From a virus, in IMG/VR virus record IMGVR_UViG_3300009509_000006, positions 1 to 64,000 of that record: a stretch of DNA of 64,000 nt. The stretch is one strand, 5' to 3'. The notes below the pieces were generated by a model. That model searched no databases. It saw only the letters and a list, made by a program, of their open reading frames with translations, and was not told the DNA's origin. Position numbers and translations under genes: made by a program. This document shows positions 55,159-63,238 of this stretch, in pieces. Position 1 is the stretch's first letter; each line of letters starts with the position of its first letter.

Positions 55159-55606
55159 TCGCCTCTCTCGCCAAGGCTCGGGCGTTCTCCGCAAGGAGAG
55201 CCGAGAGAGTCTTCGGTCGGTCGCGCTCCAGTTTGTCGACTGTGAGCAGGAAGCCGTCGCGCTTCACAATGATCTCGTTCGGACGCCTCGGGCGCTCGAG
55301 GGGCTCCAGGTCTGTGAGGAAAGAGAGATGCTCTTCGCACACGCCGACCTTGCCGTCGTGTCCCTTGACGCCGACAGCGTAGGCTGTGTTGTTGCCGCAC
55401 ACGAAGCACCACGAGACCATAGCCTCCGGGGTCAAAGGGCCTTCGTACTCCGGGAACACCTTGCCGCCAATCGGTCCACAGCACGACTTGCCAAGGCAGC
55501 GCTTGCCTGGGACACCCGCTTCTCGCGCTCGCCAGAACTTCGTGCACGTGGCACAGACCATACCGAGGCCCTTGGACATCACAGCTTGGATGGCAGCGAC
55601 GTTCAT
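55151..55606 (-). CDS. Cys-rich zinc-finger-like hypothetical protein
   Basis: CATC, C…CCGP, CFVC, CEEH. Confidence 0.7.
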   Translation of the reverse strand: MNVAAIQAVMSKGLGMVCATCTKFWRAREAGVPGKRCLGKSCCGPIGGKVFPEYEGPLTPEAMVSWCFVCGNNTAYAVGVKGHDGKVGVCEEHLSFLTDLEPLERPRRPNEIIVKRDGFLLTVDKLERDRPKTLSALLAENARALAREAND

Positions 55607-56226
55607 GGACAGGGGCCCTCCGGCGAATCGATGATTTTCTGCTCGGGCGTGAAGGTCGTATTCCGCCTGATGTCAAAAAGGAACCCTACAAACGCCGGTC
55701 CGTCAAACAAGTGCCCGTCGTCGGCAACCTGCGTGACATCGAAGAAGTAGCCCTCGCCACCGGAAGCACCATCGAAGTACGGGATCCGCCAGAACTCGAG
55801 GATGTCTCCTTCGGAGGGCGCCGGACATCCCACACGCTCGAATTCACGCCTGGGGATCCACGCCTCCGTGTACCACTCGATCCGAAACCCGGTCTCCTCG
55901 GCGGTAGCGGATCCGGGCTCGTGCCCCACGAAGGCAAACATCTTGAAAGGCCCGTTCCAAGCTCGGTTGATGGGCTCGTTGTAGACGGGATCGACATCGG
56001 TGTTGTCTGCGTCGAAGCTGTAGTAGCGGATCTCGACACCGCAGATCCGGATGTGCTCGTTGGCCCACAGGTCGAAGAGGGGGAGCTCGACGTCGGTCAG
56101 GCGCAGAGTGAACGTGGCCAGTTGTTCGCCGTGGACTTCACCGACAACGTGCTTCTCTTCCTCTTCGTAGCCACCGAGGGATTGAAGGTGCCAGCGCATA
56201 TCGGGGACGTCGTGCTGCCTCGGCAT
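55603..56226 (-). CDS. Neck/head-closure protein (gp14-like)
   Basis: EHIRICGVEIRYY…VDPVYNE…PSEGDILEF; follows the gp13-like gene. Confidence 0.75.
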   Translation of the reverse strand: MPRQHDVPDMRWHLQSLGGYEEEEKHVVGEVHGEQLATFTLRLTDVELPLFDLWANEHIRICGVEIRYYSFDADNTDVDPVYNEPINRAWNGPFKMFAFVGHEPGSATAEETGFRIEWYTEAWIPRREFERVGCPAPSEGDILEFWRIPYFDGASGGEGYFFDVTQVADDGHLFDGPAFVGFLFDIRRNTTFTPEQKIIDSPEGPCP

Positions 56227-56229
56227 GAC

Positions 56230-56979
56230 TCACCCCGTGATGAAGGGCATTGGCATGCCCGCCTTGATGATGTCCTCGTCGAGCGTCCGCATCTCTTCCT
56301 GCCCTTCCGAGAGAATGTCGCGGCCATCGAGCTGGCGCTCGCCTTGTGCTCCAGGGAAACCGGCGTACTTGGATCGTATCCGGCCCACGAGGATCTTCGC
56401 GTTGGCGAGCATGTGGCGCCTCACCAGCTGGTGGTCGAAGTGCCGGAGCTCAGTGAACGCGATCGAGGCGCTGCTGTAGACGAGCATCATCTGGCCTGAG
56501 GTGCGCGGCGCCGGGCTCAGGATCACCTTGCGCGTGTACTCGTCCCAAATCCAGTTTGCATCCGCCGACATCACCCGCTTCGCCATCTCTGTGTACTGGA
56601 TTGCCTGCGCCAGGCTCGAGTACAGCCCCGCCGACTCGGGGGCTGCGAAGACGTCGTAGGGGATCTTCTCGTCTGCCAGGATGTAGGGCGAGAACACCAT
56701 CGTGAAGTCGTGCGGTGCCGAAGGCAAGAGCACCTCTACAACATCGTCGCAGTCGTCCGGCACATCGTACTCGACAACATTGGTAGCCACATCGATCAGT
56801 CGGTATCGCGCCACGCCCTTCTTCGAGATGAACCAGTCCTTCGCGTCCTCGACGAGGTCATCGAGGTGCGCGGGGTGTAGCTCCACTTTGAGGATTGGAG
56901 CGCCAAGACGACGGAGCACCCACTTCTGGAGTTGCTCTTCGTCCATGACAATCTGGCGAGAGCGGGCCGAATAGGTCAT
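56230..56979 (-). CDS. Neck/head-tail adaptor (gp13-like)
   Basis: WVLRRLGAPILKVEL…LANAKILVGRIRSKY…PG…LDGRDILSEG…MPFITG. Confidence 0.88.
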   Translation of the reverse strand: MTYSARSRQIVMDEEQLQKWVLRRLGAPILKVELHPAHLDDLVEDAKDWFISKKGVARYRLIDVATNVVEYDVPDDCDDVVEVLLPSAPHDFTMVFSPYILADEKIPYDVFAAPESAGLYSSLAQAIQYTEMAKRVMSADANWIWDEYTRKVILSPAPRTSGQMMLVYSSASIAFTELRHFDHQLVRRHMLANAKILVGRIRSKYAGFPGAQGERQLDGRDILSEGQEEMRTLDEDIIKAGMPMPFITG

Positions 56980-57371
56980 GCGTCAATGGCCTCAAGCTGC
57001 TCAAGGATCGCAGCCTTCACGGTCTTGCGGTCCTTGTTCTCTTCCTCGTACTCGAGAACCTCTCGAAGCTCCTCCGCCGTGAACTCGTACTGCTCGACGG
57101 TCTCGATGACCTCGGTCGCACGCAGGCTGTCGTAGTCCTCGATGGGGAATTCGGTCTCGACGGAGGGGTCCAGGTCATCGGGATCCGGACATCCTTCTTC
57201 GGGAGCGTCGGCCTCGGCCACCTTCGTGTCGTCGGGCTCCTGCTTTGGCGCCTCCACATCCTCGAACAGGTGGGGCATGATCTTCGCCACTTCCTCGGAG
57301 ACGAGGTCTCCGTATCGATACGCCCTACCACGATGGTAGAGTATCGAACCCTTTGTCTTCAGCCTTCTCAC
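56976..57371 (-). CDS. Acidic protein with a small C-terminal helical domain
   Basis: PIEDYDSL…ELREVLEYEEENKDRKTV; GGAGG RBS. Confidence 0.75.
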   Translation of the reverse strand: MRRLKTKGSILYHRGRAYRYGDLVSEEVAKIMPHLFEDVEAPKQEPDDTKVAEADAPEEGCPDPDDLDPSVETEFPIEDYDSLRATEVIETVEQYEFTAEELREVLEYEEENKDRKTVKAAILEQLEAIDA

Positions 57372-57380
57372 GGGGACCTC

Positions 57381-58028
57381 CTACCCCTCGAGCACAGGGC
57401 CCGAGCTCAAAATTTCCGAAGCGACGAGTTCGAGCGGGTCCACCGTGTTCCGCTTCCCGCTCGCTCGCTCCTCGTAGATATCATCGTCTTCGCCCGGCAT
57501 CTCTTCGGGACCCTTGTACGGAGAGCGAATGACAGGGTCGTTGCGGTAGCCACCGCGTTCCCCCTCAAGGAGGGGGCCACGACGCAGGATCTCTTCGGCA
57601 AGCGCGTCTTCGACATCAGGGTCAAACAGGCCACCCTCCGGATCCGTAGGTGGCGCCCCTCGGACCGGACGCGGCTCACGGGCAGGAGCATGCACTGCTC
57701 CCTGCGATTCGTGGATCTCACGGCGCAGCACCCGGATGTCGGCACCAAGCTGGTCCACACGACCCGAGAGGTCCTCGACCAACTGGATCAGGTGCACGAG
57801 CAGTTTTGCGCTCGGTGGGATCGCAGGCCGCTCGGTATCCTCTCGGGGGTCTCGGTCGCGCCCCAGGTCTTTCGCTGGGACCGTTCGAGCCGGCGACCTG
57901 TACAGGGATTGCCTGGGCGCTCGGGAACGCTCCAGGGCCTCCTCGTCTTGTTCGCGCATGGGGCTGATACCCATCCCTCGCAATTGCGAGAGTACGTTCT
58001 GAACTCGCTCGTCGCCTCGCCTCGGCAT
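57381..58028 (-). CDS. Hypothetical largely disordered protein with central coiled coil
   Basis: AGGAGG RBS; 215 aa. Confidence 0.7.
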   Translation of the reverse strand: MPRRGDERVQNVLSQLRGMGISPMREQDEEALERSRAPRQSLYRSPARTVPAKDLGRDRDPREDTERPAIPPSAKLLVHLIQLVEDLSGRVDQLGADIRVLRREIHESQGAVHAPAREPRPVRGAPPTDPEGGLFDPDVEDALAEEILRRGPLLEGERGGYRNDPVIRSPYKGPEEMPGEDDDIYEERASGKRNTVDPLELVASEILSSGPVLEG

Positions 58029-58112
58029 CTCTTCCTCCTTCGTCTCCTTAGTCTGGGCCGAAACGACCCAGCCCGTCCAGTATAGAGACGAGACACAGGC
58101 GAAGAAAGGCGC

Positions 58113-58637
58113 CTACTTCCCAGGAAACTCCTTCTTGAGCTTCGATTCCACAGCCTTGTTCCACGACTTGAGCTTCGGGCCCTCCCACCAGCGCGACGCC
58201 GCGGCGCCGACAGCCGCAGCGCCTCCCCAGAAGGGGTCGTACCGCCCGTACAGCTGCTTCGTGTCCGAGATCTTTGCGCTGGCGTGCCCAACGAGGTGTC
58301 GAGCGTTGACGAGCTCCGGTGGAAGGATCATGAGGAGGCCTTCCTTCCTGAGCATCTCAACAGTGAAGTCCGTACCCTTGAGCATTCCTCGGGCGTCGTC
58401 CATCGCGCTTTTGCCAATGTCGAATCCCTGCTCGCGCGTCAGGTACTTGCGCCCGTAGGCAACGCCCTTCTTCCACTGGGCCTCGGCAAACTTCGATCCG
58501 GACAAGGATTTGCCGAATTTGTCCTTGTAGCCCATGAAGGGCTTCTTCCACTCTTCGTGTGGGACAGGAGGATCGGGAAATTGCGCCTCAAGCTTGCCCT
58601 CGAGCAGGTCCCGGCCCTCTTGGATGAAACGTCGCAC
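58113..58637 (-). CDS. Putative internal head protein with leader MRRFIQEGRDLLE
   Basis: Shared leader; Lys/Trp-rich. Confidence 0.8.
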   Translation of the reverse strand: MRRFIQEGRDLLEGKLEAQFPDPPVPHEEWKKPFMGYKDKFGKSLSGSKFAEAQWKKGVAYGRKYLTREQGFDIGKSAMDDARGMLKGTDFTVEMLRKEGLLMILPPELVNARHLVGHASAKISDTKQLYGRYDPFWGGAAAVGAAASRWWEGPKLKSWNKAVESKLKKEFPGK

Positions 58638-58638
58638 A

Positions 58639-58902
58639 TCAGCCCCCTACTTCCTTGAGCTTCGCGGCCACTTCGGGGTCCTTGCCCCAGCGCTTCCTGA
58701 CAGCCGCCTTCACGGCAGGGTAGTCACTGGAGTCACCACGCTTCGCCTGGATGTAGGCGAGAGCGCGGATCGCGTGCTCCTGGTCATGGATCGGCCACCC
58801 CTTGCGCTCGGGGAAGACGAATGACGACTTTTTCATGCGCTCGCGCTTCCCTGGCGTGATCTCGTCGAGCAGCGCACGTCCTTCTTCGATCAGGTCTCGC
58901 AT
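58639..58902 (-). CDS. Putative internal head protein with leader MRDLIEEGRALLDE and DUF6582-like domain
   Basis: Start ATG 58902 overlaps the upstream TGA; SSFVFPERKGWPIHDQEHAIRALAY. Confidence 0.8.
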   Translation of the reverse strand: MRDLIEEGRALLDEITPGKRERMKKSSFVFPERKGWPIHDQEHAIRALAYIQAKRGDSSDYPAVKAAVRKRWGKDPEVAAKLKEVGG

Positions 58903-59849
58903 CACACAACTCCCATGTCCTGGAGCACAGTGACCACACCCTTCTTGATGCGGTTCTGGCTCTTTGGCGTGAGGTGTTTCTTGATCTCGCGCCATGTGTT
59001 GGATTGCCCGAGCAGAAACGTCACCGCCTTGCTCTGCGGCCACGCTACGAGTTTCGCTCTGTGCGCGCCAACCAGGTCCCGAACCTGCGCGGAAATCTCC
59101 TGCATGTAGGCCTTCACCTCTTCGGGCGAGTTGTAGTAGCGAGCCTGGCGCTCCTTCGCCTTGGCCTTCGCCTGAGCTCGCTGCTCTTTCGGACTGTCCG
59201 GCGGATGCAATCCCACCTTCGTGAGGGTCATCTTCAGCCGCTCAGTTGAGTCGCCGATCCCGAGCTCTTTTCGCTTCCGGGCGATCAGTCGGTGCGAGAC
59301 CTCGCCATAGCCAGCTGCCTTCAAAATCTGCGAGATCTGCCTATCCGAGAAGGGATGAACAGGGTTCTCCTGCTGGAGCAGCGCTACGATGTGACGCTCC
59401 AGGCTCTTCTTTCGCAGCACGTCCTTGGCGTGGGTGATCTCGTGCATGAGGGCGTACTTCATGGCGCCCTGAATGCTCGACATCTCGGTCCCACGCAAGA
59501 GCGGCACGAGCTCGCCGGCACCGAGATTTCCGTTCAGCATCATGTTGATGATTCGCTCTTTCGGCGCGTAGACGGCACCCAGAAAGAGCCCGCGCACGCC
59601 GGGCCTCTTGACGCTGATCACCGAGACCGGAATCTCGCGCTTCTTGCCCTTGACATCGGACACAGTGATCTTCTCGGTGGCCCACAGCTTGTCGCCGATC
59701 GGCTTGGTCGGTTGCACCCTCGCCATGCTCTGGAGCGCGGGCACGAACTGGCCCATGAGCCGCTTGACGAGCATCGTAACGACTTGGTCAGGCAGCTTGA
59801 TCGGGCGGGCTTCGAGGAGCTTGTGCCCTTCCGTGATCAGGTCTCGCAT
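58902..59849 (-). CDS. Putative internal head protein: leader MRDLITEGHKLLE, HEXXH zincin-like domain, inserted sigma-54 C-terminal DNA-binding-like domain
   Basis: LMHEITH…YYNSPEEVKAY; ENPVHPFSDRQISQILKAAGYGEVSHRLIARKRKELGIGDSTERLK. Confidence 0.8.
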   Translation of the reverse strand: MRDLITEGHKLLEARPIKLPDQVVTMLVKRLMGQFVPALQSMARVQPTKPIGDKLWATEKITVSDVKGKKREIPVSVISVKRPGVRGLFLGAVYAPKERIINMMLNGNLGAGELVPLLRGTEMSSIQGAMKYALMHEITHAKDVLRKKSLERHIVALLQQENPVHPFSDRQISQILKAAGYGEVSHRLIARKRKELGIGDSTERLKMTLTKVGLHPPDSPKEQRAQAKAKAKERQARYYNSPEEVKAYMQEISAQVRDLVGAHRAKLVAWPQSKAVTFLLGQSNTWREIKKHLTPKSQNRIKKGVVTVLQDMGVV

Positions 59850-59858
59850 GGCTACCTC

Positions 59859-59897
59859 AAACAGAAAGGCCGCCCACCCAGATCGGGGGAGCGGCCC
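59859..59897 (-). terminator. Intrinsic terminator after the major capsid gene
   Basis: GGCCGCTCCCCC-GATCT-GGGTGGGCGGCC stem followed by TTTCTGTTT. Confidence 0.75.
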
Positions 59898-59938
59898 AGT
59901 ACGACCGTGTCAATGGAACGACCCGAGACCGAGCCGCA

Positions 59939-61435
59939 TCAGATGTTGAGCACGCGGACCTGCCCGTAGTATTCGGCCCGAAGCAGCTTCTTCGCGTAGC
60001 GGGTACGCAGACCCTTACGGAAGCTCATGTCATTCGGATCCAAAAAGGTGGGCGTCACCTGCAACGGGACGTAGGGGGCCCAGACGAACCCGGCGTCCAA
60101 GTACGAGCCGCCCTTGAGGCCCAGCATCGCGAAGTCGGACGCGAAGAACGGGTCGACGTAGACGACCCACTTCCGCATCAGGGTGCCGGCCTTGTAGACG
60201 CCGAACTGGCCGTGCTGCGTCAGGGGGCGCGGCATGTCGGCCGGTCCGAGCGGGCTCTCGCCGCCGCTCACCCAGATCGGGCGGTAGTCGCCGTGAGTGG
60301 TCAGCTGCTCCATCAGAGCGCTGATCTCGGGCGAGGTCACAATCCAGTTCGCGGGCGCACGCAGGGTCCGCTTGTGGATCGAGTTCGACACCTGGGACAG
60401 CACGGTGACGAGCGACCGGAGGTGATCGATCTCGGCGATGCCGCTGGGCGGGATCCGATCGAAGGTTCCACCGCTCCCGGTCGAGGCCAGGAACAGGTCC
60501 TGGATGATCTCCCGGTCGATCTCGAGCGCCATCTCGCTCGCCGCTGCAGCGACCAGCTCCGTCTCGGCTTCGAGCCCCTGCAGGTTGCGCAGGTCCTCAG
60601 CCGCTTCCGAGCTCCAGAGAGCCTTGAGACGACGCGGGACCGCCTCGATGACGGCTTTCTTCACGTCGAGCTGCACTTCGGGCAGCTTGGTGTTGAGCTC
60701 GCCGTCGTAGCTGTAGTACATCTTGATCTGGTGGCCAGCCACGGGGTCGACGGCGAAACGCACACCCGCCAGGGCACCATTCGAGTAGTTCAGGGTGCCG
60801 GCGGTGAGATCGGTGCTGGTGTCCGCGGCACCACTCGCCAGGAACTTGCCCTCCTGAATCACGGACCCGGCCGCATCGAGGTCGCGGATGATCACGTCAT
60901 AACCGCGATCGGTACTCGGCTTGTGCACCGGAGTGAGAGCCAGATTCACACTGATCGGCACACCACTGGGACCGTAGTCCGAGCCGGTACCGGTGGCGAG
61001 GATTTCACCATTCACGAACTCCGAGCTGTAGTAGCGGTCGAAGTCGCGCGGGAACACGTCGCCGCGAGTCGTTTCCCCCTTGGTCGTACCGTAGACATAG
61101 TCCAGGTAGAACACGGCGCCCTGCGGCGCGGTCATGGGCTGCACCGAGACGATCTCGTTCACGATCAAGTTCGGGAACACACGGCTGAGCACCGGGAACA
61201 CGAATTTCGTGAAGTAGCCCACATTGATGGCCCTCGTCTCTTCGTTCATGCTACGAAGGTGACGGGCCTGGTTCTCGTAGAGCATCGCCATGCAGCCCCG
61301 AATGTAGCGCTCGTGGCGACAGCGATCCGGCATCCCTTCCAGAAGGGGTGCCCACTTCTCCACGTATGCGCCGACGAGACGGCGGTCGGCGATGGTGCCA
61401 CTGCTATCTTCGATCACAACTCGACGAGCTTCCAC
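59939..61435 (-). CDS. gp23: Major capsid protein, T4 gp23 family
   Basis: KWAPLLEG…ENQ, RVFPNL…IVSVQPMTAP…FYL, RRLKALWS…EIDREII, GFVWAPYVPL…KGLRTRY; GGAGG RBS. Confidence 0.98.
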   Translation of the reverse strand: MEARRVVIEDSSGTIADRRLVGAYVEKWAPLLEGMPDRCRHERYIRGCMAMLYENQARHLRSMNEETRAINVGYFTKFVFPVLSRVFPNLIVNEIVSVQPMTAPQGAVFYLDYVYGTTKGETTRGDVFPRDFDRYYSSEFVNGEILATGTGSDYGPSGVPISVNLALTPVHKPSTDRGYDVIIRDLDAAGSVIQEGKFLASGAADTSTDLTAGTLNYSNGALAGVRFAVDPVAGHQIKMYYSYDGELNTKLPEVQLDVKKAVIEAVPRRLKALWSSEAAEDLRNLQGLEAETELVAAAASEMALEIDREIIQDLFLASTGSGGTFDRIPPSGIAEIDHLRSLVTVLSQVSNSIHKRTLRAPANWIVTSPEISALMEQLTTHGDYRPIWVSGGESPLGPADMPRPLTQHGQFGVYKAGTLMRKWVVYVDPFFASDFAMLGLKGGSYLDAGFVWAPYVPLQVTPTFLDPNDMSFRKGLRTRYAKKLLRAEYYGQVRVLNI

Positions 61436-61466
61436 TTCGCCGTCCTCCTACTGTTGGTTTCCGGGG

Positions 61467-63017
61467 TCAATCCGCTCCAGGCGGCATCAACTCCTTCAGG
61501 GCTCCGAGGCCAACACCGAGACCATTGAAATCGGTGTCCTCACTGAGTGCTCTCCTGACAGGCGTATCCGGCCAGGGCTCCTCCTCGTCGAACGGTGTGT
61601 GTCCGACTCCGCCCCCCAATTGACGGCGAATCCGCGAAACCGTGGATTCGATGGCCTCCAGCGAACGCTTCGGAGGCCGGAACTGCTCGATGATCGAGTC
61701 GACGTCTTCGCGAGACGACAGGGCCGATCGGTCGAACACTTCCCTGATCTGCTTGGCCCTCGGGTGCTTGCCGATACGTCTCTCCCCGTACAGCTGAAGG
61801 CCCGTGATGTGCAGTGCTTCGGCAGACTTGTGTAGCGCGGTCTCCAGGTCGCGCACACGGTCGTGCAGCTGCTCGAACTGAGCTTCGGCGCGCTCGGTGA
61901 GCTCGCGGTGTTGCTCCTGCGCCTGTTCCTCCTCCAGACGCAGCTCTTCGAGATGCTCTTGCACAGAGGCGAGCTTCGACTGGAAGTCCGCCTCGGATTC
62001 GAACCGCGAGAGGTCTCCGACCAGTTGCCGCACACGCTCGGCATCCGGGTTCTGGTGCAACTCTCGCTCCATGTACCAGGCGAACCCGGCCACCTGGGCC
62101 AGAGTCACCAGCTTCTCGTTCTCTTCCTCGAGTTCGGCCACGCGGGCACGCACCTTGTCTCTCGACTCTCGCAGCCGAGCGATCTCTTCGTCTCTGCGCT
62201 CCAGGGCTTCGCGGGCTTCTCCGGATCGCATGAAAGGCGCGAGAGCCTCTCGGATCACGTGGAAGGCCTCGACCTTCTGGAGCGTCTCGTCGCTGCGCAG
62301 CTCGGCCCGGACGTCCGCCTCGACGACCGTGCGCAGCTCGGACATTCGCGTCAGGATGTCCGTGGCGATCTCGGCATTCATGTCGGGATCGCCCGAAGCG
62401 TTCTCTTCGGGAAGGAACTCGTCCCCTTCCGGGAACTCGATACCTTCGAACAGGAGCATGCTGTCAAGGTCGACACTCTCGCCGACCATTGTCGGGTAGG
62501 CGGTCTGATCCGCGGGGTCGGCAACGAAGTCGAATGCGATGAGCTTGTAGTCCTCCTGGACCACGTTCTCGCCGAACTCGTTTGGCTTCGTCGTCCCGTA
62601 GCCTCGGGACGAGATTCCGACCTTGCCTCCCTCACGCAGGATGGCTGCGAGATCCTTGCCCGCCGCCGTACCGAGGATCTGCGCCTCGCCGTACACGACA
62701 TCGTCGCGGACCTCGAGCTTCGTGATCAGGTGGCTTGCCCTGGACAGCTTCGTTTTGCCGTCTTCTGGATGATCGAGCTCGCCGTAGCACTTTCGCTCAG
62801 CAAGGCGCGGCAACAGGCGCTTGATCTCCCGCTCCCACAGAGCCTTTGGGTAGACGCGCTTATTTTCGGTCGGGATACCGGCGCGGGCGAACTCACCGCG
62901 CATGAAAAGACGCTTCGTTGCCACGTCTTCGACGAGCTCGAGCTCGGTCCCCTCGATCCACTCGATGAGATGATTGAGGTCGCCGACCTTCGTGTCTTCT
63001 GTGAGCTGCTTCGTCAT
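61467..63017 (-). CDS. gp21: Prohead protease (T4 gp21 type) fused to a scaffold-like coiled coil
   Basis: NKRVYP, GELDHP, SHLI, GISSRGYG, FDFVADP; Glu-rich heptads; start reassigned to ATG 63017 (MTKQLTE) in a TGATG overlap. Confidence 0.93.
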   Translation of the reverse strand: MTKQLTEDTKVGDLNHLIEWIEGTELELVEDVATKRLFMRGEFARAGIPTENKRVYPKALWEREIKRLLPRLAERKCYGELDHPEDGKTKLSRASHLITKLEVRDDVVYGEAQILGTAAGKDLAAILREGGKVGISSRGYGTTKPNEFGENVVQEDYKLIAFDFVADPADQTAYPTMVGESVDLDSMLLFEGIEFPEGDEFLPEENASGDPDMNAEIATDILTRMSELRTVVEADVRAELRSDETLQKVEAFHVIREALAPFMRSGEAREALERRDEEIARLRESRDKVRARVAELEEENEKLVTLAQVAGFAWYMERELHQNPDAERVRQLVGDLSRFESEADFQSKLASVQEHLEELRLEEEQAQEQHRELTERAEAQFEQLHDRVRDLETALHKSAEALHITGLQLYGERRIGKHPRAKQIREVFDRSALSSREDVDSIIEQFRPPKRSLEAIESTVSRIRRQLGGGVGHTPFDEEEPWPDTPVRRALSEDTDFNGLGVGLGALKELMPPGAD

Positions 63018-63238
63018 CAGTACCGCCGCCATCGAAACTGACCCCGTAGCGGGGTCCTATCCAGGAGACCGGGCTTCTTGCGAACAACCCGGGACTTGCG
63101 CTGTGTGGCCTTCTGGTAGTTGAAAGCGTCTCTCCTCCCACTCGAGGTGGACACGCGGCGTCCCCGCGTCGAATGCGAGAGCGTAGGCCTTGTCGGTTTG
63201 ATTCGCCGGCGCGCTACGATCCCGCGGTTCCGCCTCAG
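63017..63238 (-). CDS. Arg-rich 73-aa ORF without canonical start (CTG start or -1 frameshift extension); absent from the ORF track
   Basis: LRRNRGIVARRRIKPTRPTLSHSTRGRRVSTSSGRRDAFNYQKATQRKSRVVRKKPGLLDRTPLRGQFRWRRY*; CTGA overlap upstream, TGATG overlap downstream. Confidence 0.6.
   Translation of the reverse strand: MRRNRGIVARRRIKPTRPTLSHSTRGRRVSTSSGRRDAFNYQKATQRKSRVVRKKPGLLDRTPLRGQFRWRRY

Noticed and set aside
58040-58110. TATACT plus hairpin CTGGGTCG-TTT-CGGCCCAG upstream of 58028, and a similar GTGTC…TACTAT upstream of 35572, as a phage late promoter motif
   Set aside because: Two loosely similar instances are too few to define a motif; needs a genome-wide motif search
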